DNA from: Octopus vulgaris
Taxonomy: Eukaryota
Reading direction: 5' to 3'
Assembly (NCBI GenBank): GCA_951406725.2
Contig: OX597816.1
Location: 79,546,001 to 79,610,000 of the forward strand
DNA: 64,000 bases
Below are positions 31,635-44,700 of this stretch, one piece after another. The notes beneath the pieces are model-generated. The model worked only from the letters and a program-made list of their open reading frames with translations, was not told the DNA's origin and searched no databases. Both the position numbers and the translations under genes were made by a program. Every line of letters begins with the position of its first letter. Positions within the stretch are counted from its first letter, which is position 1.

Positions 31635-32053
31635 GTATATATATGGTGTTTGAAAAGGATTAATGAAAGAGCTCACACACTAGAAAAAAACTTCCCCCAA
31701 AAAGGTTAGTAACATTCGCATTTTCATAACATTTGTTTTTAAAAATAGACAGCTGATGTCACAGACCACCTCGGACTTTTGCACAGAAAATTCCAGGTAC
31801 TTGGACACACTACATGATGTCTCATGGATAAACTTTATACATTCACAGAGTAGTTTTTCTCTCCTTCTGGAGCTGGGGTGTTTATGTTCCCATAACTTAG
31901 TGGTTCAGCAAAAGAGGTGGATAAAGTAAGCATTGGGCTTTAATAAAATAAGTACAGAGGATGATACATTTGACTAAAATTTTAAGGCGGTGCCCCAGCA
32001 TGGCTGCAATCAAATGACAGATACGAGTAAAGGAATAAAAGTATATATATATA

Positions 32054-32281
32054 TCATCATCATCGTTTAACGTCCGTTTTCCATGCTAGCATGGGTTGGA
32101 CAGTTCAGCTGGGGTCTGGGAAGCCCAAAGGCTGCGCCAGGCCCAGTCTGGTCTGGCAGTGTTTCTACAGCTGGATGCCCTTCCTAATGCCAACCACTCC
32201 ATGAGTGTAGTGGGTGCTTTTTACGTACCACCTGCACAGGTGCCAGACGAGGCTGGCAAACGGCCACGATCGGATGCCAGC
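32054..32281 (-). mobile_element. RTE LINE 3'-tail fragment
   Basis: Same tail sequence as the other copies. Confidence 0.85.
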
Positions 32282-33319
32282 CTTGTCTATATATATATCA
32301 TCATCATCATATACATATATATATATATATATATATCATCATCATCATTATCCAACCCATACCATGCTGGTATGGGTTGGATAATTTGACAGGATCTGAC
32401 AGCGTTGTGTTTAATGTCTGCTTTGGCATGGTTTGTATTGCTGGATGTCCTTACTAATGCCAACCACTTTAAAGAGTGGATTGTATTTTTTTTCCCGACA
32501 TCAGTACTAGTGAGATTGCCATGTAGCTCATAAGACTAAGATCTCCTTCAACTTAGTGAGATTGCAATAGAGAGGAAGGTAGTTTTATGTATGAGAAGGG
32601 GCCAAATCAGAATAGGTTTCTTTATGTAGAAGAGCTATATGTCCACTTACAATATAGAAGAGAAGGTAGGAAAAACCAGGGTGGATTTCGAGAGAGACAT
32701 AAATAGTTGTGTGATGTGTTGGGGTGGATCATCAAGGTATGAAGTAAGTGGAAATTGTAGGTAGGTAGAGGTTATAGGAGTGTATGGGCAGAGACAGTGT
32801 ATAGGAGAAGAGGAAAGTAGAAGGTAAGTGACAGTACAGAAAGGGGTGAAGAGTAGCAACAGATTAGTAATAATATAGCAAATGGGGAAAAGATGGGAGA
32901 AAGAGAAAGAGCGAGAGAGATAGTTCAGTTGGTTGCAAGAATGTGAAGCGGGGAGACAGGCATGATGTTTGGTGCAAATGAGAGTATAGAAAAAAGTGAG
33001 AGGATTTCATCCAACACCTTTCATTGTCAAGATTAAAGAAAACAGTTTCAAGAGAAATCCTCTTTCACTTATGTGACAGCATGCATCATTGAAATTGTCA
33101 AGTCTGCATAATTCACCTCATCCACTGCTGAAGGACTTTGAAAACCAATACAGAAAAAAAACTGGTTGTTTGATTCTTTTCCTTAAATACTACATTGTTA
33201 AAGAGTATTAGTTATGAGGCATAATGTACTTGGGCATCATTATAATCTCTATGGTGTACAGGTACATTATGTATCTGTACACCAGAGATTACAATGACAA
33301 ACACTTATATATCACAAAT

Positions 33320-33540
33320 ACTTATTTTTTTACTACCCACAAGGGGCTAAACACAGGATAAACAAACGGATTAAGTCGATTATATCGACTCCAGTTCGTA
33401 ACTGGTATTTATTTAATCAACCCAGAAAGGATGAAAGGCAAAGTCGACCTTGGCGTAATTTGAACTCAGAACGTAACGGCAGACGAAATACTGCTAAGCA
33501 TTTTGCTCAGCAAGCTAACGTTTCTGCCAGCTTGCAGCCA
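33320..33540 (-). mobile_element. SINE with gcctttcatcctttc...ataaataccag central block (MetaSINE-like)
   Basis: Well-preserved copy; homologous to ~46600-46800 and 63459-63678. Family name is from recall of the Meta-domain consensus, not from a search. Confidence 0.75.
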
Positions 33541-34844
33541 TATATAGTGGTATATCACAAATACCACTAAGTATTAGCTATCTCAGTAACAAAGAAAAAA
33601 AAAAAACTGACTGGTGCAGGTTTTTCTGTATGACTAGAAACTTAGCAATCATGTTGCTCCACATTTGATACTGTTGGATGGTACATTAAATATTTTACAC
33701 TTATAGCTTTTAGTTACCCTAAGTCTTGTGTGTGGATCTATGGAAAACAGTTAGATACACTGTACCTGTTCTTGGTTTGTAGCCTTTACCTGTCACCTAG
33801 TTCACTAGTAACACCATTATGTGGATCTTGGGTGCTTTTGTCAGAGGCCATTTGGTTGCAAACATTTAAACAGTCAGACCAATTGTGATGATAACAGGAT
33901 TTGAGTTGTGTAATTTTCTGCAGATGCTACCATTGAATTGTACATTATTCCTCTTTTAACCTCACCAGTATCAGTTGTCTAACAGAATGTTATGAACACT
34001 GTACTTCTTCCTCTGCAGTGCCTACTTACTGAAGAAGCCGGCTCAACCCGCCCTGGGTGAATGCTGTCACAAAACAAAAACTACTTACTGTTAAGAAAAC
34101 TGGTTATTGAGAGTAAAATGTTTTGGTTGTGGATGCAGCTTATAATACAAGTCCCTTTACTCATTTAAATACCCAAAAGGTACTACTGAAGACTTCATGT
34201 AGAGTATCTCAAATAAATCAGTTTGGCAGAGAGCATTCCTCTCTAAGCTATATCAACAGGAGGGATTAAGTGTCTATGATATTGGCACAACATAACACCC
34301 ATGTTTGATATAATCCATAGAGTGACTCACAGGTTGTTCAGTATCCCATCATCTTGCCTATCTGGACTTCCCACTTGCAATGTAAGTGAAATTAGGTGGT
34401 TACAGTTATAATCTGAAATTACAACAGCTATTTCCAATACTTTAAAATTTTTAATGTAAGAATTAATACTAAGTTGAATAGTAAACCACTGGTAAGCCCA
34501 ATTCGCAATTCTATTTTGATTTCTGGCTGACCTCAACAGACTACAGTTATATGATGTAATAACTATAAACAACAGCTTGGAAGCAAACAGACACATCTTA
34601 TAACAGTAAGCTACAAGGTTACAGAGCATTGTCAGTTTCAATTATTTGAAAACTTAGCAAAATTTAATGTTAGGAAGATGTGATTGCATTGTTTCACAAT
34701 AGGAATCACCCCACTATGAATATTGAGAAAATATTGAATAACTCATTCAAAATGTTTGCAGCTTTTGTCAAAGTAAGAAAGTAATTATTTAAGAATAGTA
34801 ACAGTAAAAACAAAAACAAACCATCAAATAAGTATGAAACAAAT

Positions 34845-36107
34845 TTATTTATTTTTTACAATTTTCTTTTTACTGAATACATACTTGTTGATAAGAATAT
34901 AAAGAATAAAGGTTTGAATAAAGAAAAAGACGACACTAGCAAGACAAATATATATAAAAGTGTTGCTACCTTCAAATTCCAAGAAATAAGCAGGTAGAAG
35001 CCATATGCCTTGCCCAAGAAACCAAAGTAGAATTAAAATTAATCCATGAAAAACAGTCAGTTGTAGAGAAGGCAGAAGTAAGGGGAGGAGACATAGATAC
35101 CAGAGAAAATATTGGGATGTGCATACTTTGTTAAACATCACAAAAATTACAGTTAAAAGGAACCAGCAGAAGGGTAAGTCAGCAAAGTATACAAGTGTTA
35201 TGGCTAAAATTAGAATGATCTGTGGTAGAAAAGTAATGAGGCCAATCAGTGTTGAGTGACTCAAATCTGCTGTAAGATACAGAAGGTAGAAAAACAGAGA
35301 AAAGTTATGCCGAGTATCTTTACGGCTTATGTGGTAGAGATATGCTTCCTGAATAAATGGCCAGTCATAAGCGAAGTAAAAGATACTGGTCAGTGAAGCT
35401 AAAGTTAAGATAGAAACTAAGGCAAATAAAATCTGATCAGAGTTAGGTAAAAGAAGATTTTTTATCTTTTGTAGCTTTTTGTTAGGTTTTGTAAATGATT
35501 CAGATGCAAGGTTTAAGTAAATAGATGGAGCATAAATGATTGGATATATTTTGGTGTGTATAGCAATTCCATACAACATAGCTGCAAAAAATAAATGTCT
35601 TTTAAGGCATGTTAGTAAGCTAAAGAGAACTAGGAAAGTTATGATAGATTCAGCATTACCCCGGGTACATATAGTTATAGAAAGTGGATTATACAACCAA
35701 AACATTGAACACAATGTAGACAGTCTTCTTGATTGATGTTTTAGCTGAACAATCTTGAAAATTGTAAAAGCAGTAAGTAAGTCAAATACTACAAAAACAA
35801 ATTTTCCAAAATGAAATGAAAGTAAAATATTTGGTGTCAAAAAATATGCCAACAAAGGGGTATAGCGGTATGTGTGTCTCTTATAAGGACTCAATCCCTC
35901 CACAACATGCTTTGCGGCATCAGTAAACACACTGTAATCAATATCTGTATATTTGACATCGAAATATAAGTCTTGCCATATACCATAACCAATTAACACA
36001 AACCGAATCAAGCATCCAATGGCTAGATGCCATTTAATGTGTAATAAACTGGTTTTTGCTGCAGACACTTTGATGAAATTAAATAGGTATTGCATAATGG
36101 TCTTCAT
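34845..36107 (-). CDS. PIGM: GPI mannosyltransferase 1 (PIG-M), intronless CDS, 420 aa
   Basis: VKYTDIDYSVFTDAA (DxD), SPY.R.TYRYTPLLA, ICTRGNAES, HTKIYPIIY, RKDTRHNFS, FNKVCTSQYFLWYL; multi-pass hydrophobic; Lys-rich C-terminus. Confidence 0.97.
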   Translation of the reverse strand: MKTIMQYLFNFIKVSAAKTSLLHIKWHLAIGCLIRFVLIGYGIWQDLYFDVKYTDIDYSVFTDAAKHVVEGLSPYKRHTYRYTPLLAYFLTPNILLSFHFGKFVFVVFDLLTAFTIFKIVQLKHQSRRLSTLCSMFWLYNPLSITICTRGNAESIITFLVLFSLLTCLKRHLFFAAMLYGIAIHTKIYPIIYAPSIYLNLASESFTKPNKKLQKIKNLLLPNSDQILFALVSILTLASLTSIFYFAYDWPFIQEAYLYHISRKDTRHNFSLFFYLLYLTADLSHSTLIGLITFLPQIILILAITLVYFADLPFCWFLLTVIFVMFNKVCTSQYFLWYLCLLPLLLPSLQLTVFHGLILILLWFLGQGIWLLPAYFLEFEGSNTFIYICLASVVFFFIQTFILYILINKYVFSKKKIVKNK

Positions 36108-38499
36108 TTCATTTCTTGCTATATATTTAAATACAAAACTGGGTCTTCTTCTGCAGTTACATTTAGAGCTGAGTTCAAAATGAGGACTTTCTATATTTTC
36201 TCTCTCCCTTTCAAAAGAAACTTGTAGCGTACCATTGCATCTCTAGGTATTGAAACCACAACAAATGTTTAAATATTTTCCTAAAATAAGATAAAAGAAG
36301 AATTACAATAACTCAAATTGAAAATGTGTCACAATAACCTTAAAATTTACTTATAATAACATCTAGGAATTTCCTCACAAGTTTTGATTGCTAATTCTTT
36401 AATAGTTGGAGGCTATCAACAATTTATATATCTTAGTATTATTAATGAAGCAAAATAATAATGTGGATACATTAAGTACAGAAAAAATATGTAAATCTTT
36501 TCAAGTTTGAGAATATACAGGTTTCATATTTTGCATTAAAAAAATATTATGTTAAAATCCAAAAATGAATAAGTATCACATGCCAACGTTTTGGAAATGA
36601 TTTGTTGGAGTAACAATTATTTTCCTATAATAATGATGATTTCATCTTTCATAATTTATACTCTGTTTTAATTGGTTTAGTCTTTGATCATCTTCAGCTA
36701 TTTTATTCCTACACATATGAACATTTCCCTATACTGGGTCTGAATTCAGAAAGATTAAGATTTCAACATCCCATGAAATTATAGCATACTCATTAAGATC
36801 AAGAAAACACTTGTTAATGTTGAGTTGAAAACCAGTCAAGGGATATATACCTATATATTAGAATAAAGTATTTGAAGGTAATTGGAGAAGATGAGGAGAA
36901 TCAAAATGTAGTGTAATACATTAAAAAAATGAAAATGTGATTAATTTTGAAGAAAATTCAAGTCATCACAAAACTGACTGCTGTGTTATAATCTTTACTG
37001 ATATGTTTGACAATCAAAACCACCACTATCATAACCATCATCATAATTTTCCTCTGCCTTATGAGCTGGTATGGGTTGCGCGGACCACTGAAACTAGAGT
37101 CAGTGTTCTAGATGGCTGCCTTTCATCACGACCAGTGTATGTGTACATTTTATCATGGCACCAGCACCAGAGAGGTCGCCATGTCTTTAAGACTAAAGGG
37201 TCCTTATGACCCTATACTGTCTCCACTTGTTTGCCATCATTTTAGATATTGTACAGGTGTGATTTATCAGTGTGTTTAGTTGAAAACTTTAGGAACACCT
37301 CTTATGTATATCAACGTGATTGTTTCATGCCGGTATAGGTTAAATGGAATGTTATAGTCCAACCCAGATCTTATTTGGAGTTATTGTCTTGGATAATTTG
37401 GGAGAACACATTTCATTCATATGTTTAAATTTTGGCATAGTTTCTACAGCTGCATGCCCTTTCTAACACCAACCACTTTATAGGAGGCATCAAATGTGCT
37501 TTATCACAGTACCAGCACAGTGCTAGACACATTGTCATCTCTTCTGCAAGACAGGACTAAAGAGTCCTCTCAATCCTACATTGTTTCTATTCATTGGGGA
37601 CTGCAATGGTACTTACTTTGATGAATAAAATTTCCATATTGTTGAAATATATTGTGATGAATTTCATGTTTCAAAATGTTGCTTACTTTTTACTCAACCT
37701 GATACTATAGAAGAGTTAGACTAATATCAAAAAGTGAACTCAATGCTAGAAATTTAATAGATATAAATACACAAACCATATCAGATATAAGCTATAGCTT
37801 CAATATAATAAACTGAAAGCTAAGTGAATTGAAAAAAATCTACATAGGAAAATCAGAAAATTATTGACAGCAAACTGAAATCACTATCTCAAAGCAGATA
37901 TAGACAGAATATACCTACATTGCACAAAAGGAAGGCATAGCCCGAGATATAATATAAAACTTCTTTAATAACAACATCTGAACTGGAAAAATATTTAGAA
38001 ACAAATAATGGAAGACTTATAAATGCAATGAAGAAACATAATAAAACAAAACCTCTTCTCTTTACAGAAGAAGCAATAAAATACAAAGCAGAAACTGACA
38101 AAACTGAAACAATAAATTCAGAAAAACAACAAAACAAATATAGTTAAAGAAACCAAAAAAATAACATGAAAAGAAATGCTGCTAAGCATTTTGTCCAACA
38201 TTCTAATGATTCTGCCAGCTTGACACTTCAATAATAATTCTAATATAAGCACAAGGCCTGAAATTTTGAGGGATGTTGCTTAGTTGATTATATTGACTGG
38301 TTCTTTATTCTATTGAGTCTGGATGTAAAAAAAAAAAAGGCTTAGCTGGCCTTGGAAGGATTTGAACTCAAGAGTCAGAACAAATATATTGTATACTAGT
38401 TGAGTATCCAGTTGTTGAAAAAGAAAAAATGATGTATTTTCCAATTTAAAAAATATTTCTATTTATTTACTTTTTTGTTTTCTTTTTATCGAAAAGATG

Positions 38500-40480
38500 T
38501 CAGTACACCGCTGCGAAAAAATTTACCTCTTTTTTTTTTTTTCAGCGAATTCCTATGTTTACATTGACAGAGATTCTGAATATATCAAAAACCATGTTTT
38601 CAAAATTTTCAATTCCCTCTCCCTACCCCAAATTTTTAAATTTTAACTATTTTTCGATTTTTTTTTCTATCTACATGGAAAAATATGGAGATTAAGAATA
38701 TGGGGGAAAAATACTTGATTTCAAATTTTCTTTGAGGTACTCCAAAACTGATTCATACACCCCTCACTGTCACTCCAACCTGCTGTCTAAAAGTGAAAAT
38801 GAATGGCTTGTGTGTTTGTGTGTGCACGTGTGAATGAGCAGAGAAAATACACCTAAATAGGTATTACATACTTATTATATAAGCTGGTTTTGCTTTTTCG
38901 CTTTAAAGGTAAACAGTCCTTATAGAAGCAAACATGATATTCAATAATATGTTTGTATTCTTCATTCAGAAAGAATAAGAACTTCATTCATGTGGATCCC
39001 CCACTCCCCACAAAAGTTTGTATATTCGGAATCTACATGATATAACACATATGCATATAAAATTTCATTACAAAATATCCATTTTTCTGAAAGTTATTAT
39101 CATCCAAAGTCGGTGGGACAGAATTCTGTAGTTATGCCTGGATTTTAAGTGCATGGTGCCCACAAAATTGACAATTGCTCCAGAGAAGGGACGATAAGTT
39201 TTTTGTAAAACAGATACTCCACATCATTTCCAAGGGCACCATGTACAGAAATCTGAAACGTCTCCATCAAAATGGAGAAATACCAACCTGTTGGTGCTTC
39301 CTAACTCCGAATTCAGCCTATATATATGTATGGATGTATATGTGTTTGACAGCCCATCACCACTTCTAACTATTGTTGCTGTACATTATTTATAATGGAG
39401 AGATAGGTGTCCTCATCGTGTTTGTTGTTATCACAACGTTTCGGCTGATGTACTCTCCAGTCTTCATCATGTGTTTTGGTGGAATTTCGAACCCAACCCT
39501 TTATTTGACTAATGTTGCAGTGAATACATCCCCATAACTTAGCAGATCAGCAAAAAAAAAAAAAAAAAAAAGTACTAGGCTTCAAAAATAAGGTGTTGTT
39601 TCGTTCAACTAAAGCTCTTCAAGGCGGTGCTCCAGCATGGCCACAGTCAGGTGACTGAAACAAGTAAAGGAGTAACTCCACAATGTCACCTTTCTCCTTT
39701 TGATGAACATCCATCGCCCTTTTATAGTCTCAGTATGGATGTTGTTATTTGGATAAAAAAAGAAATTGAGAGAATCATTGACCCACATAAAAAGACCCCC
39801 ATCGTATATCAAATGTGTTTCATGAAATTTTGGTATATTACTGGGCATAACTACATATTTCTGCCTCCTTCCCGACTTTGGATGATGTAGATTCCGAATA
39901 TACAAAATTTTTTGGGGAAAAGTGTTTTAGGAGGTGGTCGGGTGGGGAATTTCAGAAAATTCACCGGGGTCCACTTCAATTCGTCTTAACTTTCAAGAAA
40001 ATTGATATTTTTTAATGAAGTTCTCTGCAAATATACTTCGGACTATGTAGATTCCGAGGACATAGGAATTTAGGGGGAAAACAATTGGGGGTCATTTTTG
40101 AGAACCGTTCCCCACTTGCAGGTGTTTCTGAACAAGTCCATATTTGTAGAGAATTTCATTAAAAAATATCCATTTTCTTGAAAATTAAGACGAATTGAAG
40201 AGGGCTCCGATGAATTTTCCGAAATTCCACACTCTACTCCCAAAATTAGGCCACATATTTTATGCACTTTAGAAATAATTCATACACCCCCTCGCCGCGA
40301 CCCCATTCCGCTATCTAAAAGTGAAAATGAACGGCTTGCAAATATCAAAATATAAGTGAGGGTCCAACTATTCTTCTTCGCAGTAGTTAAGAATATGAAG
40401 ACTGTGAAAGCTCTTTGTCCATCAGGAATTATTTCTAAAGTGCATAAAATATGTGGCCTAGTTTTTTCTAGCGGTGTCAT
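38500..40480. mobile_element. Nested/rearranged DNA-transposon-derived repeats
   Basis: Direct repeat atacacccc...ctaaaagtgaaaatgaa.ggcttg (38755, 40282); inverted matches tttgtatattcggaatctacat (~39018) vs ~39885, and 40249-40280 vs 40427-40460; possible termini acaccgct..gaaaaaa. Confidence 0.55.
39432..39474 (-). ncRNA. Type-I minimal hammerhead-ribozyme-like motif in a dispersed repeat (C3 to A variant)
   Basis: Minus strand reads ACAC-ATGATGA-AGACTG-gagagtacat-CAGCC-GAAACGTT-GTG, matching helix I / (C)UGAUGA / helix II / GAAA / palindromic helix III / GUU except at C3. Confidence 0.5.
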
Positions 40481-40504
40481 ATGAAATTGTCACCCATAAT
40501 TATG

Positions 40505-40840
40505 ACCCTAGTATCGATCTATTGCATTTCAATCTGTTTTAGGGTTAGGGGTGGGGGGAAGAGTATCTTTTTTTTTCTTCAGAAATGTAAACCCAATCTG
40601 TTTCTTAAACGAGGGACATATTCATACGGCACAGAATGTTTTCACCCCAATAGACGTCATTGATTGGTTAAAATTGCAGAAAACAAACAAACAACAAATA
40701 TCTTACAAACTATAGAATTTTCTCAATAAAGCCAAGAGAAAAAGATGTTTTATAAACACATTCTACCAGTATACGAAGTTTAAAAGTGTTTAGTTACGTG
40801 GAAATTATTTTTAAAAACTGCCGTTCAAACCGAAAAGATA
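40505..40840. mobile_element. Arm of the TTAGGG-containing foldback family
   Basis: Matches 11890-12077 (gattggttaaaattgc...aaacacattctaccagtat...ctgccgttcaaa). Confidence 0.75.
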
Positions 40841-41353
40841 CGATATATGTTTTAAACACATTTAAGGCCTTTGGGAAATTATTTTTCGTGTACCTTGGAA
40901 ACATGCTTAAAACATGTACAACTTCAACGGTTTCTCTCCGTTGTAAAATTTCTCAGCGACGCTAGTTGAGGGTCTACTTTCTATGACCTCCACTCAATCA
41001 ATTTAAGCAAAATTACAGTGGACATTAAGGTAGTGGATTCAGAGGATCTATACAGCGCAGGACAAAATGCCTTGCAGTATTTAGTTGAGATCTTTATGTT
41101 CAGAAATCATATTTCAATTTTTAACCTAAAGATTTGTAAATCTGTCTGTAGGAAAAACATGAACAGAAGTTTCCAGAGGAACGCTCTAATAATAAAGAAT
41201 GTATAAATCTTATAACAGATAAAGGTATTGCTCCTAATCAAAAATAGAGATATGACACAAAAATATAACTAAGCCAGAATATAACGAAAGATATAATATA
41301 TTAATAAAAGATACAGTGCGTATCTTGAATGAATGAAAAGATGACAAATTCAT

Positions 41354-41392
41354 CTTACCGAACAGTAAGTAAATATTTCAAACACCGGAAGT
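41354..41392. promoter_or_regulatory. Candidate PIGM/DCAF13 divergent promoter: ETS motif CCGGAAGT and possible PIGM 5' UTR exon donor
   Basis: CCGGAAGT at 41385-41392; minus-strand donor ttcg|gtaaga at 41358; strong minus-strand acceptor cttcttttatcttattttag at 36281-36300. Confidence 0.45.
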
Positions 41393-41671
41393 TGATATGA
41401 ATGCGGTGTATAACGATAATATCTACTTTTGAAAGAATATTTTATATGGAAACTATAAATCAAGTTAGAAAAGAATCCTAAAAATAATAATCTAAATAAA
41501 TGATTCTCAGAAATAATTATTATTTATTACTTTTGAGAAAGCAAGAAAAGTTTATAGTTTTCTTTTACAATATCTTAGTTTACAATATCGCAGTATACAT
41601 TTTTCCTAACTGGACAACGTTAAATTCTACACCGTTACCTGCTGGTGGAAGCACATGGAGTGGTATACATA

Positions 41672-41744
41672 ATGATGAAAATTAAACTATTGAGTCGAAA
41701 TCCAGATGATTATCTTCGAGAAACAAAAGATGATATACGCAAAG
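41672..41744 (+). CDS. DCAF13: DCAF13 exon 1
   Basis: MMKIKLLSRNPDDYLRETKDDIRK G|gtattt. Confidence 0.92.
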
Positions 41745-44700
41745 GTATTTAAATACATTAATTCAGATAAACGTTTTGAATACCTATTTACAAAATGTTC
41801 TTTTGGCGATTAGAAATAACAATATAACTGAATTTGTTGATTCTAGCTTTCAACAAAACAGTCTTTTGCTACTAAAATCAGAGTTTATTCATAACTTGAT
41901 AAGTCTATTAGAAATTAATAAACCACAAGACTACATGTTTTACTAAATTTTGTTTCTATTCTGCAAAAATGAATTGTTTTTATTTCTATACGAACAATAA
42001 AATATTCACACAATAGTTCACTAAATAGCACCTGTTCTTATATTTGAAACTGTGCATGTTAAACCTTAGTTACTGTTTCTTCATTCCTATTACTTTACAG
42101 AATTAGATCGTTCGTTACTTGATTCTTCCATCAATTTTTATTTCTTCCATTTCTTCATTTCAGTTGCCAGAAATTTTGATCCAAAATTTCATCCTTTTGA
42201 AGCATCACGCGAATATGTTCGTGCTTTGAATGCTACTAAACTGGAACGAACCTTTGCCAAGCCTTTCATCGGTTGCCTCGAAGGACATAAAGATGGTCTC
42301 AGTGTTTTGAAGAAACATCCAACATCGTTATCAACTTTGTTGTCGGGAGCTCATGATGGAGAAGTAGGTTGATTCATCATCATTACCATTATTTTATGTC
42401 TGTTTTCCACGCCATTATGAGTAAAAGTGTTCGACAGAAGGACCTCCTCTTGCTCCAGTATCTCGTTTTTTATATGATTTCCACGACTAGATTCCCTTCC
42501 TAACACAGACCACTCCACAGAATGTACTTTTTTTTTTCATAGCACCCACGCTAGAGAGATTGTCTTGCTGTCAGCAATACAAAAGGGTAATCTTAAGTCT
42601 TGCTCAAGTTGATTACCAATTCCACACAGAATGTAAAAGGTGCTTTATGTGGCACCTGGACAGTTTGGAAATCACCTTACAAAAGATAATGGTAATGGAG
42701 AGAAGGAATAGTTGGGTGACAGTAAAGGAGGAAAGGAAGAGTAATGTCAGGAATTAAGGAGAAGGGTGGGGGACAAAGTGATTATAGTAATGGGGTGTTG
42801 AGTTGGTGTTCCCAGTGGTAGGATAGGTCCGTCTGTGTGCCATTACAAGATGAGTTTGCTAATCCATCAGAGTCCCAGACAGTTCTTAGTTGATTACAAA
42901 ATTGAGGTGAATTATTAAGTTTAATACATGGCTTTTGTAGGATGGCTCTAAGCAGAGTTCTTCCTGTTGAAATATACACTTTTAATTAACACATCAATGA
43001 ATCAACTATCATTTGCAATGTTGCTTTCATATTCTGTCAGATTATGTAAATTTGAAGATATTTATCAATTTATTTGCCATAACTATGCAACATATATATT
43101 GTATTGCCTTACACCAGACTCGGTTATGCTAGATATAAGGCTCTAGAATTATTTGTTACCCTTGTCACCTCTAAGAACAGTTGTATCTTGTATCTAACTA
43201 TAAATATTTATCTTTTGGTAAGTGGTAGAATCTACAAGAGCTAAGTGTCTTGGTTATGGAAATTTACGTGTATTTGTGTCAATATTAACATAGAATCAGT
43301 TGAATTGGCTAGAATTAATAAAACCATGGCACCATGAACTAATATTGACTTCACCCAGTGATTAGAGATGTCTAACATGGAGACTGATAACTTGTCATGA
43401 TTCCTGTCATGAACATGATATATACAAGGACAAGATGTCTCTGCTGGTAGTAGGCCTCCTCTTGCGTATCCATCAAATTAAGTTTTCTTTTCCTTTGTTG
43501 CTTAGGTAAAAGTATGGAATTTACCCACAAGAAAATCTATTTCAACAGTTCAGGCCCATACTGGAGTTGTTAACAGCCTTTGCTTTCATCCTAAAGGGAA
43601 ATATTTTTTCACTGTAAGTCACTTTTTTATACTGTATTTTTTTCATTGTAAGTTGTTTAGTCCTAGCTCCAATCTGTATTCAAATGCGTTCCATCTGTGA
43701 CCATCCAGTTTTATTTTCTGATACAGAATATCTAGCACCACATTGTTCAATGTGTCTTGCCTTATTTAAAAGACTAAGGTTATTTGATGGATATTTATTG
43801 CTTTTGTTTTTTGTAGGTTGAACAACCATTTGGAGGCCTCTGATTTATATGTGTATGTGATGGGTTCATTAACTATCATAATTTAGACGTAACTGACAGC
43901 ACAGGGTTGCTCCAACAGTTCAGATACAAATGTAGGAATTTTCCAGTTCTGTGTAATCAACTGTGGTAAAATAAATATTTAGATAAAAAAAATAAAATAT
44001 TGCTAAAGTAAATTCTTATGTTTCACAATAAAGTGTAAATTGAAAGAAATAGAATTTTAATTTATAGATTTATATTCTTTTAGTTGTTTCAGTTTCTGAA
44101 CCCTTGAAGGGTTTTAAGTAATCATCAACACTAGTACATATTTTATTGATCAGATCACCAACTTAAACAACAAAGAGACTCAGTATAAATAGAACCAGCT
44201 GTATAAAAGACAGACAAAATTCACACATTTATATACAATGGTCTTCTGCTCAATTTTTGCCTACCAAACTTCACTCATAGGTATATGTCAACTTGAGACT
44301 ATAGTAGGTGATACTTGCTTAAAGTGCTGTGCAGTGAGATTGAACCTGGAACCTCATAGTTGCAAAGCAAATGTCTTAATTGCAAAGCCATGCTTACACT
44401 TGTGATCAGGTTTTAAATATACAGACTTTTATTTGTTTATTAATTTTACAAAAAATAATATCAGTCTATAGTTTTTCACCAACTATCTTGCAAGTGATAT
44501 TCTTATATAGATATTAAAGCATGCCATGGTCCAAATCATATTCTAGGGTTCATTCGATTGACTACAACCCTTACTTTAACAATATGCCTAGTCCTTTCCC
44601 CCCAATTAAATTTATTCAACAAGTAATTTGAGTATTTAATTAAAGCTTCCAAAATCATTTCGTTAAAAAGGAGGGTGTTATTCGAAATAGCTGAATTAGT

